Below, in pieces: positions 45,455 to 55,296 of a stretch of 64,000 nucleotides of DNA. Source of the DNA: Chthoniobacteraceae bacterium (lineage in GTDB: Bacteria > Verrucomicrobiota > Verrucomicrobiia > Chthoniobacterales > Chthoniobacteraceae). A program made the position numbers and the translations under genes. The notes below the pieces were generated by a model. It was not told where the DNA came from, made no database searches, and saw only the letters and a program-made list of their open reading frames with translations. The stretch lies in NCBI GenBank assembly GCA_040081625.1, contig JBEBGD010000016.1, positions 9,938-73,937 of the forward strand, in the 5' to 3' direction. Position 1 is the first letter of the stretch. Every line of letters starts with the position of its first letter.

Positions 45455-46453
45455 CTACAGCATCACGAGCTTCCCGGTCGCCGCGCTTTCCTCGGCGGCG
45501 AGGCAGGCTCGCACGGCTTCGCGCGATTCCTCGGGAGTGATCACGTCCGGCTTTTTGCCGGCGGCGATGCAGTCGGCGAAGTAGGCGAGCTCGTCGCGCA
45601 GCGCGCCGCGGAGCTGGCCGTGGATCGTCGGCCAGTAGGTCGTGTCGGGGCAGCGCGCGCCGTCCTTGTCCACGATCATGAGGTTCGGGTGCGTGTCGTG
45701 GATGGAGATGGACCCTTCGGTGCCGATGACTTCGAGCCGCTCGTCGATCTGGAAAGGCGTCGTGTTTGGCAGACACCACACGGCTTCGAGGATGCACGAC
45801 GCGCCGTTCTCGAGCCGATACATTACCTGGCCGAGATCGGGGTGCGCGTGGTTGCGGATCTTCACGGTCTGCGCGTAGGCGGTCACCGCGCGCGAGCCGC
45901 TGAACCAGAACATGAGATCGGTATCGTGAACGCAGTCGCCGATGATCGGGCCGATCTTGTCGAGCACCGTCGCGCCGACCCACGCGGGCAGATTCCGGCG
46001 CGCATACATCGAGATGATCCGACCGATCTTCCCCTCGGCGATCGCCTGCTTCGCGGCGGCGTAGCGCGGGTTGAAGCGGCAGACGTGGCCGACCATGAAG
46101 CTGCCTTTCGCGGCGCGCGTTGCGGCGACGATCGTGTCGCAGTCGTCGATGGTCGAGGCCATCGGCTTCTCGAGAAAGACATGCTTGCCAGCTTGCAGCG
46201 CGGCGATCGTCGGCACGGCGTGTTGATCCCACATGGTGACGATGCTCACGGCTTCGAGCTCGGGATCGGCGAGCATCTGCGCGTAGTCGGTGAAGGTCTT
46301 CTTCGCGCCGAATTTCCCGGCGACCTCAGCGAGCCGCTCCGGGTTGCGCGTGCAGAGCGAGTGGAGTTCGACGTTCGGTATGGCGCTGAGCGCATCGAGA
46401 TGTTTCTCGCCGAACCAGCCGAGACCGATGACGCCGTATTTGATTTTTTTCAT
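45455..46453 (-). CDS. Gfo/Idh/MocA family oxidoreductase
   Basis: YGVIGLGWFG, GKHVFLEKPMA, VGHVCRFNP, VHDTDL. Confidence 0.9.
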   Translation of the reverse strand: MKKIKYGVIGLGWFGEKHLDALSAIPNVELHSLCTRNPERLAEVAGKFGAKKTFTDYAQMLADPELEAVSIVTMWDQHAVPTIAALQAGKHVFLEKPMASTIDDCDTIVAATRAAKGSFMVGHVCRFNPRYAAAKQAIAEGKIGRIISMYARRNLPAWVGATVLDKIGPIIGDCVHDTDLMFWFSGSRAVTAYAQTVKIRNHAHPDLGQVMYRLENGASCILEAVWCLPNTTPFQIDERLEVIGTEGSISIHDTHPNLMIVDKDGARCPDTTYWPTIHGQLRGALRDELAYFADCIAAGKKPDVITPEESREAVRACLAAEESAATGKLVML

Positions 46454-46505
46454 AGTGGGAGAGAGGGGCACGAGCCTAGAAGCGCGCTGCATTTCCCCGC
46501 AAGCC

Positions 46506-47351
46506 ATGATCGCCACGCTCATCAACGACCACTGCCGGCTCGCCGAGAACCCGCTGTGGAATGCGGCGGACGGCGCGCTCTACTGGACGGACATCGACGG
46601 CGGCACGGTTCACCGCTTCCACCTCGCGAGCGCGAAACACGAGGTGATCTATCGCGGCGTCACCGTCGGCGGGTTCACGTTCCAGGCCGATGGCGCGCTG
46701 CTGCTCTTCCGTGTGAACGACATCGCGCTGCTGCGCGCGGACGGGAGCGTGGAAGTGTTGCGCACGATTTCGGACGAAGGCACCGCGCGCTTCAACGACG
46801 TGATCGCCGATCCCGAGGGTCGCGTCTTCGCCGGCTCGATCGGGCGCTCGGAGACGAGCGGCGGGCTCGTGCGCGTGGATCGTGACGGATCGATCACGCT
46901 GCTCTTCCGCGGCACGGGTGTGTCGAACGGCATGGGCTTTTCGCCGGACTCGCGGACGTTTTATTGGACCTGCTCGACCCGCCGCCGGATCTTCGCCTTC
47001 GACTACGATCGCGCGACGGGCGGCCTAAGTGGCGAGCGCGTCTTCTATCAGGCGAACGACGACGAGGGAATCCCCGACGGGATGACGGTCGATCGCGATG
47101 GGCACGTGTGGTCGGCGCGCTGGGATGGATTCGCGGTCGTGCATCACGCGCTGGACGGGAGCGTCGTGGAGAGGTTCACGTTCCCGGTCGCGAAGGTCTC
47201 GTCGCTCTGCTTCGGCGGCCCGGCGCTCGACGAGTTCTTCATCACGACCGCCGGCGGCGTGCCGGGCAACGATACAGCGGACGGCTCGATCTATCGCTGG
47301 CGCGCGGGCGTGAGTGGTGCGCCGGAGTTCCAATCGCGGATCGCGCTGTAG
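46506..47351 (+). CDS. SMP-30/gluconolactonase family protein
   Basis: LAENPLW, YWTDID, RFNDVIADPEGR, SNGMGFSPD, PDGMTVD, SLCFGG. Confidence 0.9.
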   Translation: MIATLINDHCRLAENPLWNAADGALYWTDIDGGTVHRFHLASAKHEVIYRGVTVGGFTFQADGALLLFRVNDIALLRADGSVEVLRTISDEGTARFNDVIADPEGRVFAGSIGRSETSGGLVRVDRDGSITLLFRGTGVSNGMGFSPDSRTFYWTCSTRRRIFAFDYDRATGGLSGERVFYQANDDEGIPDGMTVDRDGHVWSARWDGFAVVHHALDGSVVERFTFPVAKVSSLCFGGPALDEFFITTAGGVPGNDTADGSIYRWRAGVSGAPEFQSRIAL

Positions 47352-47501
47352 CCGTGGTCGGGTCGCCGCATTCCGAGGTCGGAAAATGATTTTCCGAGTC
47401 CCGGATTTTCCTTCTGGCCAACAGAAGGCGGCAACCCGTCCGGCTTTCCCCCTGAAAACTGCCCCTTTCCTTTCAAGAGATTGGTCGGGCACACTTCGCC
47501 C

Positions 47502-48461
47502 ATGAAGATTGTTATTCCCGGCGGCTCCGGACAGATCGGCACTTTGCTCGGGCGCGCGTTCCACCAAGCGGGTCACGAGGTCATCGAACTCAGTCGCAGC
47601 CCTTCGCCCGATCGACCGTGGCGCGTCGCGGTATGGGACGCTCGCACACTCGGCGCTTGGACGGCGGAGTTGGAGTCGGCTGACGCGGTCATCAACCTGG
47701 CCGGAAAGAGTGTCGACTGCCGCTAAGCACCGGAAGACCGGCGCGCCATTCTGCAATCTCGCGTGGATTCCACTCGCGTCGTCGGCAAGGCGATCGCCCA
47801 AACGGCGCGTCCGCCTCGCGTCTGGTTACAGGCGGCGACGGCAACAATTTACGCGCATCGATACGACGCCCCCAACGATGAAGCGACCGGCGTTATCGGC
47901 GGCGCGGAAGCCAACGCTCCCGACACTTGGCGTTTCAGCATCGACGTGGCAGAAGCGTGGGAGCAAGCGGTTGAAGAAGCTGGCCCGCTGCCCCTAACGC
48001 GCCGTGTCGTGCTTCGCTCAGCGATGACGATGAGCGCTGATCGCAGCGGCGTCTTTGACGTTCTGCTCCGCCTGGTGCGCTTTGGGCTCGGAGGACAGTC
48101 GGGGGATGGACTACAGTTCGTCTCATGGATTCACGAGGTGGATTTCGTTCGCGCGATTTACTGGCTGATCGAACATCACGACGTATCCGGACCGGTGAAC
48201 CTCGCTGCTCCAAATCCGCTGCCGAACGCCGAGTTTATGCGCGCGTTGCGCGAGGCGTGGGGCATTCGGGTGGGGCTGCCAGCGACCGAGTGGATGCTCG
48301 AGATGGGCGCTGTTTTTCTGCGCACCGAGACGGAACTGATATTGAAAAGTCGGCGTGTCGTTCCCGGCCGACTCACGCAGCAAGGCTTTAGCTTTGAGTT
48401 TCCGAATTGGCCCGATGCTGCCCGCGACCTCTGCGAGCGCTGGCGCAAGGCTACTGCCTGA
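47502..48461 (+). pseudogene. TIGR01777-type NAD-dependent epimerase interrupted by an in-frame TAA
   Basis: MKIVIPGGSGQIG...VINLAGKSVDCR* APEDRRAILQSRVDST...SWIHEVD...ELILKSRRVVP; both halves are in one frame, stop at 47724-47726. Confidence 0.8.
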
Positions 48462-48514
48462 GCCGTGAGGCAGGGTGGCAGCGTCCGTGATTGCGGAAGG
48501 GAAGCCGACCCCGG

Positions 48515-49999
48515 CTACAGCCGCTTGGTCGCTGGGAGGCGATACGTCTTCGTGAGCGCTTCCTCGTCGCCCTTGAGACCGGCGGCGTCGAGGTAGATCA
48601 CGCTCGGGTCGGCGTCGAACTCGACCTTGTGCAGGCCGTTCGCGGCTTTCTCGAGCGCGTCGGGCACGTCGGCGAGGCTTTGCAATTCGACGCCGTTGAT
48701 CTTCGTGACGCGCAGTTGGCGGAGTTCCTCGTAGCCGAGCGTCGAGGGCATCGGCAGCACGCGGCTGAGGATCACGATCTTCTTCGGGTGGTCGGGGAAA
48801 AGGTCGTGCTGGTAGCGGTCGAGATAGACGAGCTCCTGCGGCGCGCGCTTGAGCCAGTCGTTGCCGAAGTCTTTCAAATACTGCCGCGAGAGCTCCTGAA
48901 GCACGAGGCCGCCGAGGATGAAAAACTTCGGCGCGCGATCGATCACGTAAGGCTCGCTCACGTAGCTCTCCACGTCGCGGTGCGCGAGCGTGAGGGTGAG
49001 GTCGAGTTGCTTGCCTTCGCGCTGCACGACGAACTTCACGGCGTCGCCGTCGTAGTGCTTGGTCGAGATGAGGTGGATGAGCGCGAGCTTGCCGTAGGCG
49101 GGGTCGCGGTAGTTGCCGTCCTGGTCGATCGGCTGGCCGTCGATGCTCAGGATGATGTCGCCGGGCTGGAGGCCGGCTTTCGCGGCGGGTGAATCCTTGA
49201 GCACCTGCGTGACATAGACACCGCCGCTGCCTTCGAGCCCGACGTAGCGGCGAAACTGCGGGTCGCGCGTGTTGCTGAATCCGAGTCCCGTGCGCGGGAA
49301 GCCTGCGTAGGGCTTCTTTCCGGCGTCCTTGAGGAAATGGCGGATGACCGGCGTGGGGACGATCTCGGCGTTGTTCGCCTGGCTGTCGTAGCGCACGACG
49401 AGGCCGGCGAGTTTGCCGGCCTTGATGACCGGCAGCGTGAAGCTCGAGTCGCGAAACTGGATCGTGGTCTGCGCGCGATAGACGAGGAAGGAGGAGTCAT
49501 CGGTCGGGTAGCGCGAGACCTCGACGGTCGTGAGCGGACCCGGTGCCGCGAGCACGACGCCGGTGCTTTCGAGCTGCCAGACGCTGAGCGTGTCGCCGAC
49601 CTTCGCCTCGGTGAGTTCGAGCGGCTCGAAGGCCTTGAGAAATTTCGAATCGTCGGCGCGGAGAATCGCGAGGTTGCACTCGTAATCGACGACCTCGATG
49701 TGCGCCGGCGTCTTGCCGCTGCCATCGGGCAGTTCGAGCTCGATGTAGTTCGCATTCGCCACGAGTTCGCCGGAGACGAGCACGCGTCCGCCCGCGAGCA
49801 CCGGGCCGACGGCGCGGCGGGTGAAAGGCGCGCGTTTCCCCCATGGTCGCAGGAAATCCCAGTTCTGGTTGGTGATGTTCACGCGCACGACGTGATGCGA
49901 TTCGTCGAGCTTCACCGTGGGTGCGGCGAGCGTCTTGGGTTGCTCGGCGCGGAGGCCGGCGATGGAGACGAAGAGAGCTAGGAAGAGGAAGGAGCGCAC
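48515..49999 (-). CDS. HtrA/Deg-like PDZ protein with degenerate catalytic motifs
   Basis: Collinear with the neighbouring protease, but SGELVAN, ECNLAIL and RDSSFTLP replace TNAHVV, DCDLALL and GNSGGP; PDZ SPAAKAGLQPGDII. Confidence 0.8.
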   Translation of the reverse strand: MRSFLFLALFVSIAGLRAEQPKTLAAPTVKLDESHHVVRVNITNQNWDFLRPWGKRAPFTRRAVGPVLAGGRVLVSGELVANANYIELELPDGSGKTPAHIEVVDYECNLAILRADDSKFLKAFEPLELTEAKVGDTLSVWQLESTGVVLAAPGPLTTVEVSRYPTDDSSFLVYRAQTTIQFRDSSFTLPVIKAGKLAGLVVRYDSQANNAEIVPTPVIRHFLKDAGKKPYAGFPRTGLGFSNTRDPQFRRYVGLEGSGGVYVTQVLKDSPAAKAGLQPGDIILSIDGQPIDQDGNYRDPAYGKLALIHLISTKHYDGDAVKFVVQREGKQLDLTLTLAHRDVESYVSEPYVIDRAPKFFILGGLVLQELSRQYLKDFGNDWLKRAPQELVYLDRYQHDLFPDHPKKIVILSRVLPMPSTLGYEELRQLRVTKINGVELQSLADVPDALEKAANGLHKVEFDADPSVIYLDAAGLKGDEEALTKTYRLPATKRL

Positions 50000-50002
50000 G
50001 GG

Positions 50003-51472
50003 TTAGGAAGCGGGAGTGGTCTCGCCGAGGAACTGCTCGTCGGTGACGTTGTAGCGGGACTTGATGCGCTCGCGCGCGGCCTCGACGGCGGCGCGCTCGA
50101 GCACGAGCGGACGACCACCGCCCACGAAGTCGATGACGTAAAACTCCGCCTGCTTTGCAAAGGCGGCCGCGAGTTCGCGCAGCGTCTTGATCTCCACGCC
50201 GTTGACCTTCTCGACGATGCCTTCCTTGAAGTCGCCGAGGTAGGTGTTGAGCGGGTCGTTCAGGATGCTGCTGAGCACGATGACCTCCGGGTGTTTCTTA
50301 TACACCTCGCGCTGGATGAAGTGGTCGAAGAGGTAATCCACGCGCGGATTCTGGAACTGGAAGGAGCTCATCAGGTTTCGCGTGAGCGGCTGGAAGAGCA
50401 GCCCGCCGAAGAGCACATACTGAGGCTGCTTCTCGTATTGGTTCGCGTTCATCGTGAAGGGGAACGCCGTCGCAAATTTCACCTCGACGGTCTGCGGCTG
50501 CCGATCACGAACGATCTCCAGCTTCACCGAGTCGCCGACGAATTTGCGCTCGGCGACCTCGGCCATCTGCACGCGTTCGCCCTCGAGCTCGACCATGCCG
50601 TCGCTCGCGACGGGCAGCCCGTCGATGCTCATGATCACGTCGCTGAGCCTGAGCACGCCGGCCGACGAGCCCGCGGCGAGCACGCCGGAAACCATCACGC
50701 CGCGGTCATCGTCGGCGAGGCCGAACGCCTTGCGCTGCGCGGGGTTGAACAGCGGGAAGATGCCGACCGAAAGATCGACGTATCGATCGTAGCGCCCGTC
50801 CTTGATGTCCCGGAGGAAGTGCTGGATCACCGGCGTCGGGATCATGTAGCCGACGTTTTGCGCGACGTCGCCGGAGTAGCCCTGGAAGGCCACGCCGACC
50901 ACCGAGCCGTTCTGGATCACGGGTCCGCCGCTGTTGCCGGGGTTGATGGCGGCGTCGATCTGGATGGTGAGATGCGAATCGACCGTCGAGTGCGTGTAGG
51001 CGCGGAAATCGACGCGCGAGACGATGCCTTGCGTGACCGAGAGCCGCTCGCCGCCGATCGGGTAGCCGAAGACGGTCACGGTCGATTCGAGCTCCGGGAT
51101 GCCGCCGACGGGCAGCGGCTTGGTGCCCTTGAAGAATGCAGCATCCTCCACGCGCAGCAGCGCGAGGTCGCAGTCGTGCGCGATGTGCTCGACCCGCGCG
51201 ATGTATTTTCGCGGATCGCCTTCCTTCTCGACGGTCAGGAACTTCGCGTTCGAGACGACGTGCGCATTGGTCATGAGCCGGTCCTTGCTCACGACCCAGC
51301 CGGTGCCGGAGCCGCCGCCCTGCGCGCCGGGCAGCCACGGGATGCGGTAGTTCGGCTCCTGCGCGGTGTTGGTGATGCGCGCGACGGATTTTCGGATCTC
51401 GTTCGGCTGCGCGCGCGACGTGCCGAGGAGGATGATGAGTGCGAGGCAGGTAAGCCCCAGCGGTCGGGTCAT
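50003..51472 (-). CDS. HtrA/Deg2-like trypsin serine protease with PDZ domains
   Basis: TNAHVV, DCDLALL, QIDAAINPGNSGGP; signal peptide. Confidence 0.92.
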   Translation of the reverse strand: MTRPLGLTCLALIILLGTSRAQPNEIRKSVARITNTAQEPNYRIPWLPGAQGGGSGTGWVVSKDRLMTNAHVVSNAKFLTVEKEGDPRKYIARVEHIAHDCDLALLRVEDAAFFKGTKPLPVGGIPELESTVTVFGYPIGGERLSVTQGIVSRVDFRAYTHSTVDSHLTIQIDAAINPGNSGGPVIQNGSVVGVAFQGYSGDVAQNVGYMIPTPVIQHFLRDIKDGRYDRYVDLSVGIFPLFNPAQRKAFGLADDDRGVMVSGVLAAGSSAGVLRLSDVIMSIDGLPVASDGMVELEGERVQMAEVAERKFVGDSVKLEIVRDRQPQTVEVKFATAFPFTMNANQYEKQPQYVLFGGLLFQPLTRNLMSSFQFQNPRVDYLFDHFIQREVYKKHPEVIVLSSILNDPLNTYLGDFKEGIVEKVNGVEIKTLRELAAAFAKQAEFYVIDFVGGGRPLVLERAAVEAARERIKSRYNVTDEQFLGETTPAS

Positions 51473-51533
51473 GGCGCGCGGACGCTAGCGGTCCCTGCGC
51501 GCGCGGCAAGTGCCCGTTGCGCGCGCGGCGCCC

Positions 51534-52499
51534 CTACTTCCGGTTGGTCTTGATCACGATCTCGACGCGCCGGTTCGGCTGCTGTTCGTCGATGCTCCTG
51601 TCGGCGGGGACGATGAGTTTGTCGGGCCCGAAGCCGATCGTCTCGATGCGTGCGGCGTCGATGCCGAGCTGCTGCACGAGCCACGATTTGACGGCTTCCG
51701 CGCGACGCAACGAAAGCTCGAGGTTGTAATCGCGCCCGCCGACCGAGTCGGTGTGGCCTTCGATTCGGAAGGTCGCGTTCGGGTTGCGGCGGATGAGTTC
51801 GCCGAGCTTCTGCAAATCGTCGAGCGACTCGGGGCTGAGCTCAGCCTTGTCGTAGTCGAAGAGCGCGCCGCCGGGCATGGCGATCGGCTTGGCCCCGGCG
51901 GAAATCGGGCCGCTCTGCGAGAGCGCATCGTCGATCGACTGCCGCCCCGGGATGCCTTCCCACGCATCGGCGCCGTCCTTGCCCTTGCGGATGGGCATGT
52001 GGATCACCGGCTGGCGCGGCGCGGCCGGGCTGTCCTTGAGCAGCGCGCTGCCGATCGCGCCGAGCTCGCGCTCAGCGGCGCCAGCGCTCACGTCGTCGGT
52101 CTTCATGAGGTTGGTGAGATTGATGGGCTCGGACTTCGGCTTCTCCTGCAGGAGCGGGCTCTGCACTTCGTTCGCCGACGGCTTGAGGACGATCTCCTTC
52201 GGTTCGGGCTTCTCGGCGGGGATGTTGAGATCCTCGGGCTTTGGCGCGTTCGAGGGCAGCTTCACCCGTGTCACGTCCGGCTCGAGAGTCTTCGGGTCGA
52301 GGATGACCTGCTTCACGACGAAGGCTGGCGGCGAGAGCTTCTGCTGCGGAGCGCTGAAGGCGAAGTGCTCGACCTTCGTCCAGTTCGCGAAGATGAAGAA
52401 GCCCGCGTGGATCAGCAGAGAAAGAATGAGCGCACGGACCAGCCACTTGCGCGTGAGCGGCGAGGTCGTGCTGGTCGGATAGACGGCGTAGCGGGCCAT
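51534..52499 (-). CDS. OmpA-family peptidoglycan-binding membrane protein
   Basis: TM SLLIHAG; FDYDKAEL, IEGHTD, NLELSLRRAEAV, NRRVEI. Confidence 0.88.
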   Translation of the reverse strand: MARYAVYPTSTTSPLTRKWLVRALILSLLIHAGFFIFANWTKVEHFAFSAPQQKLSPPAFVVKQVILDPKTLEPDVTRVKLPSNAPKPEDLNIPAEKPEPKEIVLKPSANEVQSPLLQEKPKSEPINLTNLMKTDDVSAGAAERELGAIGSALLKDSPAAPRQPVIHMPIRKGKDGADAWEGIPGRQSIDDALSQSGPISAGAKPIAMPGGALFDYDKAELSPESLDDLQKLGELIRRNPNATFRIEGHTDSVGGRDYNLELSLRRAEAVKSWLVQQLGIDAARIETIGFGPDKLIVPADRSIDEQQPNRRVEIVIKTNRK

Positions 52500-52535
52500 G
52501 GTGCGGGAAGGTGGCGCGGTTGGCGGGCGAATCAA

Positions 52536-52973
52536 CTATTCCCCGATGTCCTCGTTCCAGAGCCGGGGCTGCGAGCGGATGAAGTCGCGCATCAATTCGA
52601 TGCAACGCGAATCCTGCACGACTTCGATCTTCACGCCGCGGCTGCGCAGCAGCTCCTCCTCGCCCATGAAGGTCCGGTTCTCGCCGATGATCACGTGCGG
52701 GATGCCGTAGAGCAGGATCGCGCCGCTGCACATCGCGCATGGAGAGAGCGTCGTGTAGAGCACGCTTTCGCGATACACGGCCGCGGCCCGGCGCCCGGCG
52801 TTTTCGAGAGCGTCCATCTCGCCGTGCAGGATCGCGCTGCCGCGCTGCACGCGGCGGTTGTGCCCGCGACCGATGATCTCTCCGCGGTGAACGATCACCG
52901 AGCCGATCGGGATGCCGCCCTCGGCGAGCCCGGCTTCGGCTTCGGCGATGGCGGCGGTGAGGAATGGGTCCAT
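52536..52973 (-). CDS. cytosine/nucleoside deaminase (zinc-dependent)
   Basis: GGIPIGS, HGEMDAL, TLSPCAMC, LWNEDIGE. Confidence 0.9.
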   Translation of the reverse strand: MDPFLTAAIAEAEAGLAEGGIPIGSVIVHRGEIIGRGHNRRVQRGSAILHGEMDALENAGRRAAAVYRESVLYTTLSPCAMCSGAILLYGIPHVIIGENRTFMGEEELLRSRGVKIEVVQDSRCIELMRDFIRSQPRLWNEDIGE

Positions 52974-52999
52974 GCGGGTGATGAAACGCGCCGCGGCGT

Positions 53000-54661
53000 T
53001 CACGCGCCAGCCGCGATTTGCCGCGCGCGCTCGATGGCGGCGTCCATGTCCGCGCAGAAATTCACCTCGCCGATGCGCCCGATGAAGTCGCCTTTGCTCA
53101 GCGCCATGAAGGGCTGCGTGTGGACGCCGGCGATGATGAGCTGCGTGCCGTGATGCTTCAACTCCGCCTCAAAATCCTCGAGCGCGTGCAAGCCGGTCGC
53201 ATCGAGCGCCAGCACGCGCTTCATGCCGAGGATGAGCACGCGCGGGCGCTGGCCGCTGCGACGCAGCGCGGTTTCGAGGCGGTCGGCGGCGCCAAACATC
53301 AGCACGCCCATGAGCTGGAACGCGGCGACGCCCGGCGGCAGCGCCTTTCCGTGCAGCGAATGCTCGCGGTCGTAATCGAGATCGCGCTCGTCCACGTTCG
53401 CGAGCCGCGTCGTCTGCGTGATGCGCCGGATGAAGAGGATGCCGGCGAGGATCATCCCGACCTCCACGGCGACGGTGATGTCGGTGAGCACGGTGAGCGC
53501 GAACGTGAGCAGATACACCGCGGCATCGCTCCTCGGCCATTTCGTGAGCCGCGCGAAGTGGTGCCACTCGCCCATGTTCAGCGCCACGACCACGAGCACC
53601 GCGCTGAGCACCGGCAGCGGGATGAAGCTTGCGAGCGGCGCCGCGGCGAGCACCACGCCGAGGATCGTGAGCGCGTGAACGATGCCGGCGATCGGTGTGC
53701 GCCCGCCGCTGCGGACATTCGCCGCGGTGCGTGCGAGCGCGCCGGTGGCGGGCAGGCCGCCGAAGAGCGCGCTGCCGATGTTCGCCACGCCTTGCGCGAT
53801 CAGTTCGGTGTTCGAGTCGTGCTTGTCCTCGATCATCCCGTCCGCGACGACGGCGCAGAGCAGCGACTCGATCGCCGCAAGCAGCGCGATGGTGAACGCG
53901 GGGCGGATCAAGCCGCTTAGTTGCGCCCAGTCGAACGCGGGCCAGCCCGGCGCGGGCAGTCCGCGTGGGATTGCATCCGCGCCGAAGCGCGAGCCGATCG
54001 TCTCGACCGGCAGATGCAGCGCCGCGACCACGACCGTGCCCGCAAGCACCGCGACGATGCTCGCCGGCACGAGCTTCGCCCAGCGCTGCGGCCAGACGCG
54101 GATGAGCAGCACCGCGCTGATCGCGAGCGCCACGCTCGGCCAGTGCGTGAGCGCGATGTGGTTCCAAAGGAACGCGACCTTGTGCAGAAACTCCGCCGGC
54201 ACCGGGTCGCTCGTGCGGAGGCCGAGGAAGTCCTTCACCTGCGTGCTAAAAATGTAGATCGCGATGCCGGCGGTGAATCCCGCGATGACCGGCACGGGGA
54301 TGTATTTGATCATCACGCCCAGCCGCGCCACGCCCATCGCGATGAGCACGAAGCCCGCGAGCATCGTGCAGACGAGCAGCCCGCTCGCGCCGAATTCGTG
54401 CGCGACTCCCACCACGACGGGGATGAATGCCGCCGTCGGCCCGCCGATCTGCACGCGCGAGCCGCTGAGCCCCGCGATGATGAAGCCTGCGACGATCGCC
54501 GTGACGATGCCGACCGCCGGTGTTCGCTCGCTTGCGATGCCGAGCGCCATCGAGAGCGAGAGCGCGATGATGCCGACCGTGAGCCCGGCGATCACGTCCG
54601 CGACGAGCATCGCGCGCGAGTAGTCGCGCAGGCAGTCGATGAGCTTCGGGCGAAAGGTCAT
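53000..54661 (-). CDS. SulP family anion permease with STAS domain
   Basis: DVIAGLTVGIIAL, QIGGPT, ESLLCAVVADGM, TGALART; STAS LMFGAA...LDATG. Confidence 0.92.
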   Translation of the reverse strand: MTFRPKLIDCLRDYSRAMLVADVIAGLTVGIIALSLSMALGIASERTPAVGIVTAIVAGFIIAGLSGSRVQIGGPTAAFIPVVVGVAHEFGASGLLVCTMLAGFVLIAMGVARLGVMIKYIPVPVIAGFTAGIAIYIFSTQVKDFLGLRTSDPVPAEFLHKVAFLWNHIALTHWPSVALAISAVLLIRVWPQRWAKLVPASIVAVLAGTVVVAALHLPVETIGSRFGADAIPRGLPAPGWPAFDWAQLSGLIRPAFTIALLAAIESLLCAVVADGMIEDKHDSNTELIAQGVANIGSALFGGLPATGALARTAANVRSGGRTPIAGIVHALTILGVVLAAAPLASFIPLPVLSAVLVVVALNMGEWHHFARLTKWPRSDAAVYLLTFALTVLTDITVAVEVGMILAGILFIRRITQTTRLANVDERDLDYDREHSLHGKALPPGVAAFQLMGVLMFGAADRLETALRRSGQRPRVLILGMKRVLALDATGLHALEDFEAELKHHGTQLIIAGVHTQPFMALSKGDFIGRIGEVNFCADMDAAIERARQIAAGA

Positions 54662-55296
54662 CCCGCGCGGTATCGCAGGAAGCACTCGCCGTCGATCACG
54701 CGCATGTCGCGCAGCGTGAGGCGCGTGCTCTGCGGGAGGAAGTCGCCGGCGACGCCGGTGAGTGTTGGCGCCTTCGCTCCGCCGAAGATGCGCGGGACGA
54801 TCGTGAGGTGCAGTTCGTCGATGAGATCCGCGGCGAGCAGCGCGCGGAAGACCTGGCCGCCGCCTTCGCAGACGAGGCGCTTCACGCCGTGCTCGCGCCG
54901 CAGCGTGTGCATCATCTTCGCGAGATCGACCGCGCCTTCGTCGAGGTGAAGCGTCGCTTTCTCCGCGAGCGCCGCCCGGGTGGCGCGCGGCATTCGCGTG
55001 GTCGAGAAGATGAGGATCGGTGAGTCGCCGTGTGCGAATAGTTTCAGCGCCGGGTCGATCCGACCGCTCGCGCTCAGCAGCACGCGGACGAGGCCGGGCG
55101 GCCTGCTCATCGTCATGTTGTCGGTGGCGACGGTGCGCGCGCCGGCGAGCACGGCGTCGCACGATGCGCGGATTTCGTGCAGTCGTCGCTTGTCGTTCGC
55201 GGAGCCGAAGCCCGCCGGGGCGCGGTTGCGCGTCGAGATGCGGCCGTCGGCGGTGATGGCGAAGTTCGCGGTGACGAAGGGGCGGTCGCGTTTCAC
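54658..55296 (-). CDS. RibD C-terminal/dihydrofolate reductase-like protein
   Basis: RPFVTANFAITADGRI, DAVLAGARTV, LVCEGGG, DELHLTIVP; GTG start inferred. Confidence 0.85.
   Translation of the reverse strand: MKRDRPFVTANFAITADGRISTRNRAPAGFGSANDKRRLHEIRASCDAVLAGARTVATDNMTMSRPPGLVRVLLSASGRIDPALKLFAHGDSPILIFSTTRMPRATRAALAEKATLHLDEGAVDLAKMMHTLRREHGVKRLVCEGGGQVFRALLAADLIDELHLTIVPRIFGGAKAPTLTGVAGDFLPQSTRLTLRDMRVIDGECFLRYRAG

Noticed and set aside
47724..47726. Programmed readthrough (Sec/Pyl)
   Set aside because: The codon is TAA, and the position corresponds to a Tyr in the family motif.
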